From positions 4,035 to 68,034 of the IMG/VR virus record IMGVR_UViG_3300005989_000004: a DNA stretch of 64,000 nt. One strand, given 5' to 3'. Shown here piece after piece: positions 18,956-27,121 of the stretch (positions are counted from its first letter, which is position 1; the number at the start of each line of letters is the position of its first letter). Position numbers and translations under genes: made by a program. Under the pieces are notes generated by a model. The model was not told the origin of the DNA and ran no database searches. It worked only from the letters and a program-made list of their open reading frames with translations. The DNA is from a virus. Taxonomy: Duplodnaviria > Caudoviricetes.

Positions 18956-20661
18956 CAAGTGATCAATGGGTCGATATAACCACTGCTGCTGGTAAGAATG
19001 TTGGGGATAGTTACGCTCTACAAAACACATCAACTGGTGCTGTAATATTGCATGATGCTGATACAATTCCAAGTAATTCTGTAAATAATGGTGCTGTGAT
19101 ATTTCCACCAACAGAACATCATACATATTCATCAGTTAGTGTATTCGATGTATTTGCTTCTAAGAAAAGAATATTTGGTAAGTTGGTTGATGCTGACAGA
19201 CCAGCAATATTAGCAATCAAAACTCTAGTGAGCAAAGCTATCACTCGATTCATTTATAATTTTGATGGAGTTGATGATAGGATAAGTTTGCAGTATAGAG
19301 CTATTAACCCTGATGGTGATATTGATATTGAATTTACCACTGGTGATACATTGCCTGTTGTTGGCACTTCATGGACAATAATATCTCAAAACGTAACTGC
19401 TACATCAGCCAATAGAGAGTTCGGTCTGTACACTAACAACTCGAATGCCCTACAACTGATGGTAGGTGGTTCTTTTTCTGCTAACATGGATCAGCCTTTA
19501 GAAATAAATTCTAAATATAGAGTAACTCTATTTGGTACTGAATTAAAATACTACAAAAATGACAATCTAATACTGACTACAACATTTAATCGTGGTGCAG
19601 CCAGAGAACCTAGTGCAGTCACAAATATTGCCGCTAGAAACACAGCAGTATCATCTTGGGGTAGTTACTATAGAGGACAACTATACAACATCAAAATCAA
19701 TGGTACAACATACCCAATCCAAGAACGCAGCCAAACAATCCAACTTCCATCTCCTAGTGGATTAGGTGCTGAGCTGATTACACAAACAGTGCTAGAGAAT
19801 CCAGTATCCAAGGGCACACAATGGGCATATCTTGGAAATGGTAGATGGCAGTATGTTGGTGATGGTAGTTTTAACAGTATTAGATTTCTACCGTCTGTCG
19901 GACACCCTTCCGTTGGGATGATAGAGTTTGAGGTGGAAAGTATCTCAGGTACGATGCGTTGCACTAGCGGGTTTTCTCCCAGCAGTTCAGTGGGTACAGT
20001 TTTTAGTAGTGTCGGCTTTAAGCGAGCTTACTATACAGCATTTAGTTTAGACACACAACTAGCGTTCTGTAGAAACAACGCAGGCGTGGCGGCATCCTGC
20101 ATCATCAAAAACATATCATTCAAACCACTATTCACACTAGCCAATAATACAAATTTAGTGGTGAATGGTGATTTTGCTAGTAGTGCTGGTTGGACAACAA
20201 CTACAGAAACATCAATATCTAGTGGTAAATTAAATTTCGCAGCAACCACTGCAACACGAAATGTCACTAGAGAAATGTCCATCCAAAATAACAAAGACTA
20301 TCTATTAACTTACACAGTTGATTCAATTAGTAGTGGTGAAGTGAGAGTTATTGTTTATGCACCTGACAGACATTATATATCACCAAACAGAACAGTTGCG
20401 GGAACGTATAGTGAAGTGGTTAGGTTTAATAATGGTGTTGGTAGCTTTGTTAACACAATCCTTGTTCAAGCTGGTCACGTTAGTGCTACAACAGCACAAA
20501 TAGATAATATTAGCTTAGTTGAGATAAACACTCTATGTAATCCTGCTGTGATGGTGAATACAACTTCAGATAGATGGGTTGAGATCCCAGACACAATAGT
20601 TACACCAAAATTGATGGCTTTCAATAGTCAAAGCAATTCACAATATTTAACAACAATTTAA
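18937..20661 (+). CDS. Fibre / receptor-binding-like protein with ConA/LamG- and CBM-like domains
   Basis: 574 aa; YNFDGVDDRI laminin-G-type motif, NLVVNGDFASSAGW CBM-type motif; N-terminal domain paralogous to 23989..24267. Confidence 0.6.
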   Translation: MSEIRLTSDQWVDITTAAGKNVGDSYALQNTSTGAVILHDADTIPSNSVNNGAVIFPPTEHHTYSSVSVFDVFASKKRIFGKLVDADRPAILAIKTLVSKAITRFIYNFDGVDDRISLQYRAINPDGDIDIEFTTGDTLPVVGTSWTIISQNVTATSANREFGLYTNNSNALQLMVGGSFSANMDQPLEINSKYRVTLFGTELKYYKNDNLILTTTFNRGAAREPSAVTNIAARNTAVSSWGSYYRGQLYNIKINGTTYPIQERSQTIQLPSPSGLGAELITQTVLENPVSKGTQWAYLGNGRWQYVGDGSFNSIRFLPSVGHPSVGMIEFEVESISGTMRCTSGFSPSSSVGTVFSSVGFKRAYYTAFSLDTQLAFCRNNAGVAASCIIKNISFKPLFTLANNTNLVVNGDFASSAGWTTTTETSISSGKLNFAATTATRNVTREMSIQNNKDYLLTYTVDSISSGEVRVIVYAPDRHYISPNRTVAGTYSEVVRFNNGVGSFVNTILVQAGHVSATTAQIDNISLVEINTLCNPAVMVNTTSDRWVEIPDTIVTPKLMAFNSQSNSQYLTTI

Positions 20662-20670
20662 GGTAATAAA

Positions 20671-21636
20671 ATGGCAGATAATTTTATTGTAAAAGATGGT
20701 AATAACAATAACATCACTATTCGCAGTACAGATATTGGTACAGACTTACATGTGCCACTACATGGTCGATTCTATCGTGATATTCCTGATGTTTTAGGCA
20801 GCCTTGGTGCAGTAGGCAACACTGCTGTATTCGATGCACGCAATACAACAGGAATTGTTGTTAGCTTAACAGCTTCTGCTGTAGCTGGATGTAACGTATC
20901 ATTTGAAGCATCTTTAGATAGTACAGATGGTACAAACGGAACGTGGTTAAACGTTATGGGTCAACGTAGTGACGATCCTTCAACTTTAGTGAGTAGTATT
21001 TCAAGTATTAACGCAACATTAACTTATGGTGTGGCATTCCAAGTTAGTGGATATAGTTGGTTTAGGGTACGTTGTACAGCAATCACTTCTGGCGCATTAA
21101 ACGTTCGGATTAGTCCTTGTGATGATTTGGTTATGCCTAGCCGCGCACCAACGTCCCAAGCTATTGTAGGTCAAGCTGCGCACGATGCTGCTGTTTCTGG
21201 TAGTCCTGTTCGTGTAGGTACAAAAGCTGTTAACGCTATGCCAGCCGTTGTTAGTGCAACAAACGATGTGGCTGATTCAGTATCTACAATGCAAGGGGTT
21301 TTGTTAGTCACTAACGATGTTATTCCTACACAACGTTTACGTGCTTCTTCTGGATTAACAACTACATCAGATGTTATTTTATTTGCTGCGCCAGCAGCAG
21401 GATTACGCAATCATGTAACAGATATTCAGTTGATCAATATTGGCGCTGCTCTTGCTGATGTTATCATTAAAGACGGCACTACTGAAATTTGGCGATTACC
21501 TCTACCCCAAAACATTCCAGTGACAATTGCTGGTTTACGTACTCCACTAACAGGTACTGCCGCCACAGCAATTAACGTAACTTTAAGTGTTGCTGGAAAC
21601 GTTCGCATCAATGCACAAGGATACGTTGCTGTATGA
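20671..21636 (+). CDS. Putative virion structural / fibre-associated protein
   Basis: 321 aa rich in A/T/V/G with beta-sandwich-like segments. Confidence 0.5.
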   Translation: MADNFIVKDGNNNNITIRSTDIGTDLHVPLHGRFYRDIPDVLGSLGAVGNTAVFDARNTTGIVVSLTASAVAGCNVSFEASLDSTDGTNGTWLNVMGQRSDDPSTLVSSISSINATLTYGVAFQVSGYSWFRVRCTAITSGALNVRISPCDDLVMPSRAPTSQAIVGQAAHDAAVSGSPVRVGTKAVNAMPAVVSATNDVADSVSTMQGVLLVTNDVIPTQRLRASSGLTTTSDVILFAAPAAGLRNHVTDIQLINIGAALADVIIKDGTTEIWRLPLPQNIPVTIAGLRTPLTGTAATAINVTLSVAGNVRINAQGYVAV

Positions 21637-21935
21637 TGACATTGAATGATTTTATACATCATTCAGAAAGTAGATATGCTGTCATAACACATGACAGCTA
21701 TCTTACAGATCCAGTAGCTCAATCATTAACACCATCACCAAGGACGTTTATTTATCAATCTGTGGAAATGGTGGTAATTAGTTTGGAACCTCTATCAGTT
21801 CCACAATTAGTTGAGTATGCTAATCAAGCTGCGAATGGTGTAGAATTTGAGTTAACAGTTGGTAGTGGTAAAGTTACACTATTGACACATTCTAAAATAT
21901 TAGATATATTGAATAAGTATGAATCAGAACTCTAA
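21633..21935 (+). CDS. Hypothetical protein
   Basis: 100-aa ORF overlapping neighbours (ATGA coupling). Confidence 0.6.
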   Translation: MMTLNDFIHHSESRYAVITHDSYLTDPVAQSLTPSPRTFIYQSVEMVVISLEPLSVPQLVEYANQAANGVEFELTVGSGKVTLLTHSKILDILNKYESEL

Positions 21936-22152
21936 ACTATTTAAACTCCTAATCAGCATAGACCAATTCTTTGCTGTGTTGTTATTGAACACTAATCCAG
22001 ACCAAACAATATCTGGTCATGTTGGATATAAAGCATTAATGACAAAAGAAAAGAAATGGTTGATTGCTGAGAAATTGATTAATAAATTATTCTCACGATG
22101 GGAACAAGATCATTGTTTCAATGCGATTGAGTGGGACAGACTAAACAAATAA
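21919..22152 (+). CDS. Small phage protein often found next to fibre genes
   Basis: 77 aa; SIDQFFAVLL...PDQTISG...W...EQDHC pattern. Confidence 0.55.
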   Translation: MNQNSKLFKLLISIDQFFAVLLLNTNPDQTISGHVGYKALMTKEKKWLIAEKLINKLFSRWEQDHCFNAIEWDRLNK

Positions 22153-22161
22153 GGAACAAAA

Positions 22162-23520
22162 ATGTTATATTCAGATTTTCCTTTAGTATTGTCTGATTTA
22201 GATAGGAGTGAGATTTTAAAGAAAATCATCTCTTATGTCAACAATTCAGATAATGATACAACTAACGAAAGTGCCACCCTAAATTATGATTTCGTAAAGA
22301 ATGAATTCAAGAATTCTGAGAGTTTTGGCAATACATCAAAAACTATTCAGACAGCAATTACCACACAACGTACTACAACAGCCACACAATTCAATAACTC
22401 TCGATTGTTGTCGTCAGTTGCTGTAGACTTCCCTCGTAGTAAGTTTAATTTTGTTACAGGTAAGTTTGAGGGTTTGTTGTGTGAGCAAACATCTACCAAC
22501 CTACTAACACATAGCAATAATATGAGTGATGCTAGTTGGTCTAAGGTTGCAGCAACAATCACTCCTAATGCTGGCTTAGCTCCTGATGGTAGTAATACAG
22601 CTAATGGTTTGTTTGAGACAGCAGTAGTTAGTCAACACATTTTAGATAAATCTGTTTCTGGTGGTGCGACAATATACACAGTATCATCGTATGTTAAAGC
22701 CAATGGTCGTGACATATTTATTTTACGCACAGACGATGTTGGTAGCGTTAATGTCCAAACAGCAACATTCGATTTAACCAATAAGACAATAGCTAGTCCA
22801 GCAGTCGGTGTAGCAAGAGGTACTGCTACAATATTAGCTCCGTTCCTCACTGAATTACCTAATGGTTGGTTCCATTGCGGATACACTGTGAGTTTTTCTG
22901 TTGCACCAGCAACTGTTCGTATTAGACAATACAGTTCTACAGAATTAGCGTCATCTTATGTTGGTGATACAACAAAAGGTTTACTGCTATGGAATCCACA
23001 ACTAGAACCAACATATACTGCCACATCATTGATTCCAACTACTACCGCTACAGTTAGTCGTACTGTAGACAATTATTCTATTACAATCCCTAATATCAGT
23101 GAAGGGACATTGTTAATTGTAGCGTCTGGAACATATCCTTTTGATAATGTAAACCAGACGCTATTCTCGTTGTCTGATAACACAGCTGATAATAGTATCA
23201 CTGTACTGAGAAATAACAGTTTGTCAGGTAGTCAGCTTACAATTGTTGGTGGTGGTGTAAGTCAAGTGCTGTTTAATTCTACACAAAAGCAAAATAATGT
23301 TACAACAAAGTTTGCTATCTCATGGAATGCTAATAGTTATACGTATGCTGAGAACGGCGTAGTCCTATCATCAGGAAATGTTACATCACCGACTGGACTA
23401 ACTAGCTTAGTCTTAGGGGCTGGGTTGTCATCAGCTAATTCTTTGAACGGAACAATAGCTAAAGTTGTTTATATTCCTAAGAAACTATCTGATTTAGATG
23501 TTCAGACAATTTCTGCATGA
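22162..23520 (+). CDS. Head-spike/fibre-like protein with CBM and ConA-like domains
   Basis: 452 aa; GLLCEQTSTNLL...APDGSNTA...YVKANG...PNGWFHC...QLE...ATSLIPTT...R pattern. Confidence 0.6.
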   Translation: MLYSDFPLVLSDLDRSEILKKIISYVNNSDNDTTNESATLNYDFVKNEFKNSESFGNTSKTIQTAITTQRTTTATQFNNSRLLSSVAVDFPRSKFNFVTGKFEGLLCEQTSTNLLTHSNNMSDASWSKVAATITPNAGLAPDGSNTANGLFETAVVSQHILDKSVSGGATIYTVSSYVKANGRDIFILRTDDVGSVNVQTATFDLTNKTIASPAVGVARGTATILAPFLTELPNGWFHCGYTVSFSVAPATVRIRQYSSTELASSYVGDTTKGLLLWNPQLEPTYTATSLIPTTTATVSRTVDNYSITIPNISEGTLLIVASGTYPFDNVNQTLFSLSDNTADNSITVLRNNSLSGSQLTIVGGGVSQVLFNSTQKQNNVTTKFAISWNANSYTYAENGVVLSSGNVTSPTGLTSLVLGAGLSSANSLNGTIAKVVYIPKKLSDLDVQTISA

Positions 23521-23789
23521 ATAAGCAAGTAGTGTCGTGGATTGAGCATTCAACTATAGCAGCAATCATTCAAATTGTATTATCTTTTTGGTTTGGGTGG
23601 TTAGCTGCTGGTTGGATTGCTTGTGCTGTGTTTCTTGGTAGAGAAATTGCTCAGCATGAATATAAAGGCGGTGATAGGAAGAATTCAGATCCGCTATATG
23701 GATTAAAACATCATTGGACATTTGACAGCATTATGGATGTTGTTTGTCCAGCAATTATTACAGGAATATTATGGTGGTTATTCGGATAG
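23517..23789 (+). CDS. Small membrane protein
   Basis: 90 aa, 2-3 TM segments, GREIAQHEY motif. Confidence 0.6.
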   Translation: MNKQVVSWIEHSTIAAIIQIVLSFWFGWLAAGWIACAVFLGREIAQHEYKGGDRKNSDPLYGLKHHWTFDSIMDVVCPAIITGILWWLFG

Positions 23790-23989
23790 GAACAATTTAC
23801 GATATGACAAACCCTGAAGCTCCTTCGGCTTTGGTTGGTTATCATGTAGACACAACTGAGAAAATTAACGGAGCTGACGCTTTTCAGATTACACCAGCTA
23901 ATCCTTATCACAGCTTTGCTGATGCAATTACATTTAGATATAAGTTTAACGACAAAGCTCAGGCTGATACTTTCATAGGACAAGAATAA
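23771..23989 (+). CDS. Small fibre-associated hypothetical protein
   Basis: 72 aa from ATG 23771 (AGGA RBS); GYHVD...ITPANPYHSFA. Confidence 0.55.
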   Translation: MVVIRIGTIYDMTNPEAPSALVGYHVDTTEKINGADAFQITPANPYHSFADAITFRYKFNDKAQADTFIGQE

Positions 23990-24267
23990 TGGCAACATTT
24001 AATAACGTAACAATTGAAGATGTTTGGGTGGACGTAACTACTCTTTCTGGGGCTATTACTACATCACCGTATGCTATACAGAATGTTGGTGTAGATGCTG
24101 TGTATTTGAAAGAATCAGCTAATGCCCCAACTACAGATGATGGTGCTGTTTTGTTTGGTGCTCAGTTTGGTGAATTATCCAAAGCTGAGATTCAAGCTAA
24201 TAGCAATAAGATGTGGGCTAAAGTTGTTGGTAGTGGACGTAAGACAACATTAGCAGTTTATAGCTAG
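23989..24267 (+). CDS. Stand-alone copy of the N-terminal domain of 18937..20661
   Basis: 92 aa; WVDxTTxxG...YAxQN...AVxL...P...GAVxF shared between the two. Confidence 0.65.
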   Translation: MATFNNVTIEDVWVDVTTLSGAITTSPYAIQNVGVDAVYLKESANAPTTDDGAVLFGAQFGELSKAEIQANSNKMWAKVVGSGRKTTLAVYS

Positions 24268-24485
24268 TAACCCCCACACAAATAATATTCCTTCTTAGTT
24301 TTAACATCTACAGCTTTCTTACATTTCTTAGAAATAACTTTCTTTTGGTGTTTAGAAAGCTGTTTTTGTTTGCTAGAAATATTATCCTTCACAACAATAG
24401 TTTTACGTTTATTTGCTGATGAAACATCAAACGTTGTCAATGTAAATAACACAATAATTGTTGCTGTGATTGTTTTGCATAACAT
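24264..24485 (-). CDS. Secreted or membrane-anchored, very basic small protein
   Basis: 73 aa; hydrophobic N-terminus ending SSA, Lys-rich body, AGGAG RBS, own promoter. Confidence 0.65.
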   Translation of the reverse strand: MLCKTITATIIVLFTLTTFDVSSANKRKTIVVKDNISSKQKQLSKHQKKVISKKCKKAVDVKTKKEYYLCGGY

Positions 24486-24503
24486 AACTATTCTCCTAGA
24501 ATG

Positions 24504-24530
24504 AAGCCCAGCGTTTGCTGGGCTTTTTAT
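24504..24530 (+). terminator. Rho-independent terminator oriented for the + strand late transcript
   Basis: AAGCCCAGC-GTTT-GCTGGGCTT then TTT; U-tract only on + strand. Confidence 0.75.
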
Positions 24531-24541
24531 TTGTTGGAATT

Positions 24542-24570
24542 AGTTTAGGTTATTTTATGTTGGTTGTCAA
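24542..24570 (-). promoter_or_regulatory. sigma70-type promoter for the 73-aa gene
   Basis: TTGACA-N17-TAAACT on - strand. Confidence 0.6.
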
Positions 24571-24578
24571 TGGATGTT

Positions 24579-24692
24579 TTAAATCACATCAGACACCACT
24601 GTCAATCCAAACACAGAAAGGCACCAAATCATTATTCCTGTTGGAATTAACACTAAGTAAAACATTAATTCATTTATAAATTCATCAGTCAT
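24579..24692 (-). CDS. 37-aa membrane micropeptide
   Basis: Hand-translated MTDEFINELMFYLVLIPTGIMIWCLSVFGLTVVSDVI; GGAG RBS; overlaps upstream stop. Confidence 0.5.
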   Translation of the reverse strand: MTDEFINELMFYLVLIPTGIMIWCLSVFGLTVVSDVI

Positions 24693-24894
24693 ATTGCTCT
24701 CCTTCTACCACCTCACACCAATAGTGTTCATACCTACCTAAGAACTCCTCACCCATAATACTAGCAATTGCTTCACCCAAGTTTTCGGCATGTTTTCTGC
24801 TTGATGCAAGGATTTGTTGTTTGATTGCTGGGGTGTTTGTTGTCCCGTCTTGACTCCATTTACTTAGCCAGAAAATTAATGTGAATTTATTCAT
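24685..24894 (-). CDS. Hypothetical protein
   Basis: 69-aa ORF in a tightly packed operon. Confidence 0.6.
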   Translation of the reverse strand: MNKFTLIFWLSKWSQDGTTNTPAIKQQILASSRKHAENLGEAIASIMGEEFLGRYEHYWCEVVEGEQYD

Positions 24895-24897
24895 ACG

Positions 24898-25017
24898 TCA
24901 CCCCTTTTGGCGTATTCGTTCAACTAACCATTTTCCAATGAAATAAAAGGCGCCCAAACATATGGCCCACATAGTCAGTGCAAACGGAAGTACAATAAAA
25001 TAGAATATTGCGTCCAT
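24898..25017 (-). CDS. 39-aa membrane micropeptide
   Basis: Hand-translated MDAIFYFIVLPFALTMWAICLGAFYFIGKWLVERIRQKG; TAATG coupling to upstream gene. Confidence 0.55.
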   Translation of the reverse strand: MDAIFYFIVLPFALTMWAICLGAFYFIGKWLVERIRQKG

Positions 25018-25412
25018 TATTTACCCCCTTGGCGGATTTTCTCGGCATATTGTTCTGCAAATTGAATTATATGAGTAATAGCAGCTTTATAGTATTCTAC
25101 TTTTTGAGAGTTACCTTTAGGGAGTTGTACCTGTTCAGCAAGAGCTTTCGCAAAATCAACCACTACCTCAGCACATAACTCTGGAAGTTCTGATTGTAAC
25201 TCACGGAGTTCAGCTAAAACCTTGTCACGTTGTTGTCGTACAGTAGCTTTCATTCGTCGCTGTTCTTCATTATCCCAAACCAGCACTGCTACATCCTGAG
25301 CAGAATAAGCAACACCATTAACAACAATCATATCCACCCAATTAGCGCATTTAGCGTTTAGTTGTTCTGGTGTGTCGTCTAGCACTGGCGATAAGCTATC
25401 CAAACCTTCCAT
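25017..25412 (-). CDS. Hypothetical coiled-coil protein
   Basis: 131 aa, GGAGG RBS. Confidence 0.65.
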   Translation of the reverse strand: MEGLDSLSPVLDDTPEQLNAKCANWVDMIVVNGVAYSAQDVAVLVWDNEEQRRMKATVRQQRDKVLAELRELQSELPELCAEVVVDFAKALAEQVQLPKGNSQKVEYYKAAITHIIQFAEQYAEKIRQGGK

Positions 25413-25413
25413 A

Positions 25414-25812
25414 TTACCCCTCCAACGTACTTTCTAACACCACTCCACCATCAATCACTAACCCTAACGACCCATCAACACTATGTTTAATATAATGCTT
25501 ACCAGCTAACAATTCTGGCATTGGGTTGGATGGAGGAGTGTTGACTTTAGTGATAGCACGAACAGCGTCACTGAGTTCTTTTTCACTGATCAACAGATCT
25601 TTAATCGTAGGTCTCACCTGAAAATAGAAATTATCGCTAGTGTCAATTGAAATAAAATTAGCGTTAGAATTACCATAACGGATAGAAGGCGAGAAATACT
25701 CAACCCACTTCTTAGTGTTTGGAAAACTAACGAATTTCTGTTCATTTACTTTCAATTTTTCTGAAAAATACTCTAATAAATCCTTACCTGTAACTTTGTA
25801 TGTTGTAGTCAT
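25414..25812 (-). CDS. Hypothetical protein (start moved to ATG 25812)
   Basis: AGGAGA RBS before MTTTYKV; the longer ORF start lies inside the promoter. Confidence 0.65.
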   Translation of the reverse strand: MTTTYKVTGKDLLEYFSEKLKVNEQKFVSFPNTKKWVEYFSPSIRYGNSNANFISIDTSDNFYFQVRPTIKDLLISEKELSDAVRAITKVNTPPSNPMPELLAGKHYIKHSVDGSLGLVIDGGVVLESTLEG

Positions 25813-25843
25813 GTTGTCTCTCCTATTTGTTGAACACGTAGAA

Positions 25844-25872
25844 ATAATAAACCTCGTTGATAACTGTGTCAA
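25844..25872 (-). promoter_or_regulatory. sigma70-type promoter
   Basis: TTGACA-N17-TATTAT. Confidence 0.7.
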
Positions 25873-25897
25873 TGGGTGATTTGAAATATTTTAGATA

Positions 25898-25923
25898 ATA
25901 AAAAGCCTAGCGCAAGGCTAGGC
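25898..25923 (-). terminator. Terminator after nrdB
   Basis: GCCTAGC-N5-GCTAGGC then TTTTT on - strand. Confidence 0.8.
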
Positions 25924-25931
25924 CACATTCA

Positions 25932-27041
25932 TCACAAATCTACATCAAACATCATATCTTCCTCTACATCGCTATTGACAGCAGCAGTGAGGTAGTTTCC
26001 TAATTGCACTTCTTGTGGTGCTGATTGGACTAGGTTGGGGTTGATATAACTTTCCAACCATTTAGGGCTAGATTTTACTTTAGGGAAATCAAACTTAATT
26101 CCTAATCGCTGATAGACATTACCTGCTAAGTGGTATACGTAGTCTTTAAGCACGTCACTGTTAAACCCTACAACGCTACCACATCCAACAAATAGATTAT
26201 CAGACCATTCCTGTTCACTCTTAACAGCAGTGTCTAGGATCAGCTTAACCTCATCCTTCATTTCTTTCCATTCAGACCATTTCTCTTTCTTAATGATAAT
26301 GTTTAAGAAAGCTAGCATATTCTCTAAATGACAACCAGCCTCGTCATTGTGAATCAAACCAACACGTTTAGCAATACCGTTAAACTTACCTGTGCTATCA
26401 GCTAATGCGAATGTAGCCATAAATGACGCAAGGAACATAATTCCTTCCAATGCAACAAACGACACTAACAATTTAATTGTAGCTTTACGCTTATCAGATA
26501 GAGTTGATGACTCATCTAACAACACTGTTTGTTTATATGCCTTGAATGCTTTCCCAATCGGCGCTAAACGCTTTAATAAATTAGCATCATTGTTTACACG
26601 TTCATACATCTTATTAGGGTCTGAGAAGCATTGAGCAACGATTAGAGCATAAGCCTCTTCATGCACAGCCTCAGCATCACCATGATAGCTAATTAACTTC
26701 TTGGCTTGGTGGTTGGTGAGGATTGGAAATAAAAGCTCTTGTAGTGAGCCTGAAGCCAAACTATCAGCAGCCATTTGAAAGCTAAGATTACGTACCATAA
26801 GCTCTACAACATTAGGATCTGCTTCTTTCATATCAATAGCTGACTGAGCTAATGAAAACTCATCTGAAGGCCAGAACAAGCTGCGTTGTTTTTGATCTAA
26901 TATAGTTAGTTCAGGATACGGGTTATTGAACGCATCAAACACGCCTAAATCCTCACCAAAGAATAAAGGATTTTTACCCTTAGCTGTTGCTTTGTTATTG
27001 AAATTTAAAAATTCACTATCAATTGTCATATACATCTCCAT
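25932..27041 (-). CDS. nrdB: Ribonucleotide reductase class I beta subunit (start probably 27029)
   Basis: FWPSDEF, EAVHEEAY (radical Tyr), LEGIMFLASF and DEAGCH di-iron ligands; downstream of nrdA. Confidence 0.95.
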   Translation of the reverse strand: MEMYMTIDSEFLNFNNKATAKGKNPLFFGEDLGVFDAFNNPYPELTILDQKQRSLFWPSDEFSLAQSAIDMKEADPNVVELMVRNLSFQMAADSLASGSLQELLFPILTNHQAKKLISYHGDAEAVHEEAYALIVAQCFSDPNKMYERVNNDANLLKRLAPIGKAFKAYKQTVLLDESSTLSDKRKATIKLLVSFVALEGIMFLASFMATFALADSTGKFNGIAKRVGLIHNDEAGCHLENMLAFLNIIIKKEKWSEWKEMKDEVKLILDTAVKSEQEWSDNLFVGCGSVVGFNSDVLKDYVYHLAGNVYQRLGIKFDFPKVKSSPKWLESYINPNLVQSAPQEVQLGNYLTAAVNSDVEEDMMFDVDL

Positions 27042-27067
27042 TATTAATTCCTAGCGTATTTTACGTA

Positions 27068-27109
27068 AAAAGAATCCCACAATCAAGTGTTCACTATCAA
27101 GTGGGATTC
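27068..27109 (-). terminator. Hairpin between nrdA and nrdB
   Basis: GAATCCCAC...GTGGGATTC 9-bp inverted repeat with a U-tract on - strand. Confidence 0.5.
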
Positions 27110-27121
27110 ATAATTTAATTG

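Noticed and set aside
1913-23998. Antisense and alternate-frame ORFs in the track (e.g. 1913-2107, 8611-8850, 9616-9993, 12173-12640, 12888-13103, 16472-16711, 19668-19964)
   Set aside because: Fully nested in well-supported genes, with no RBS and shadow-type composition
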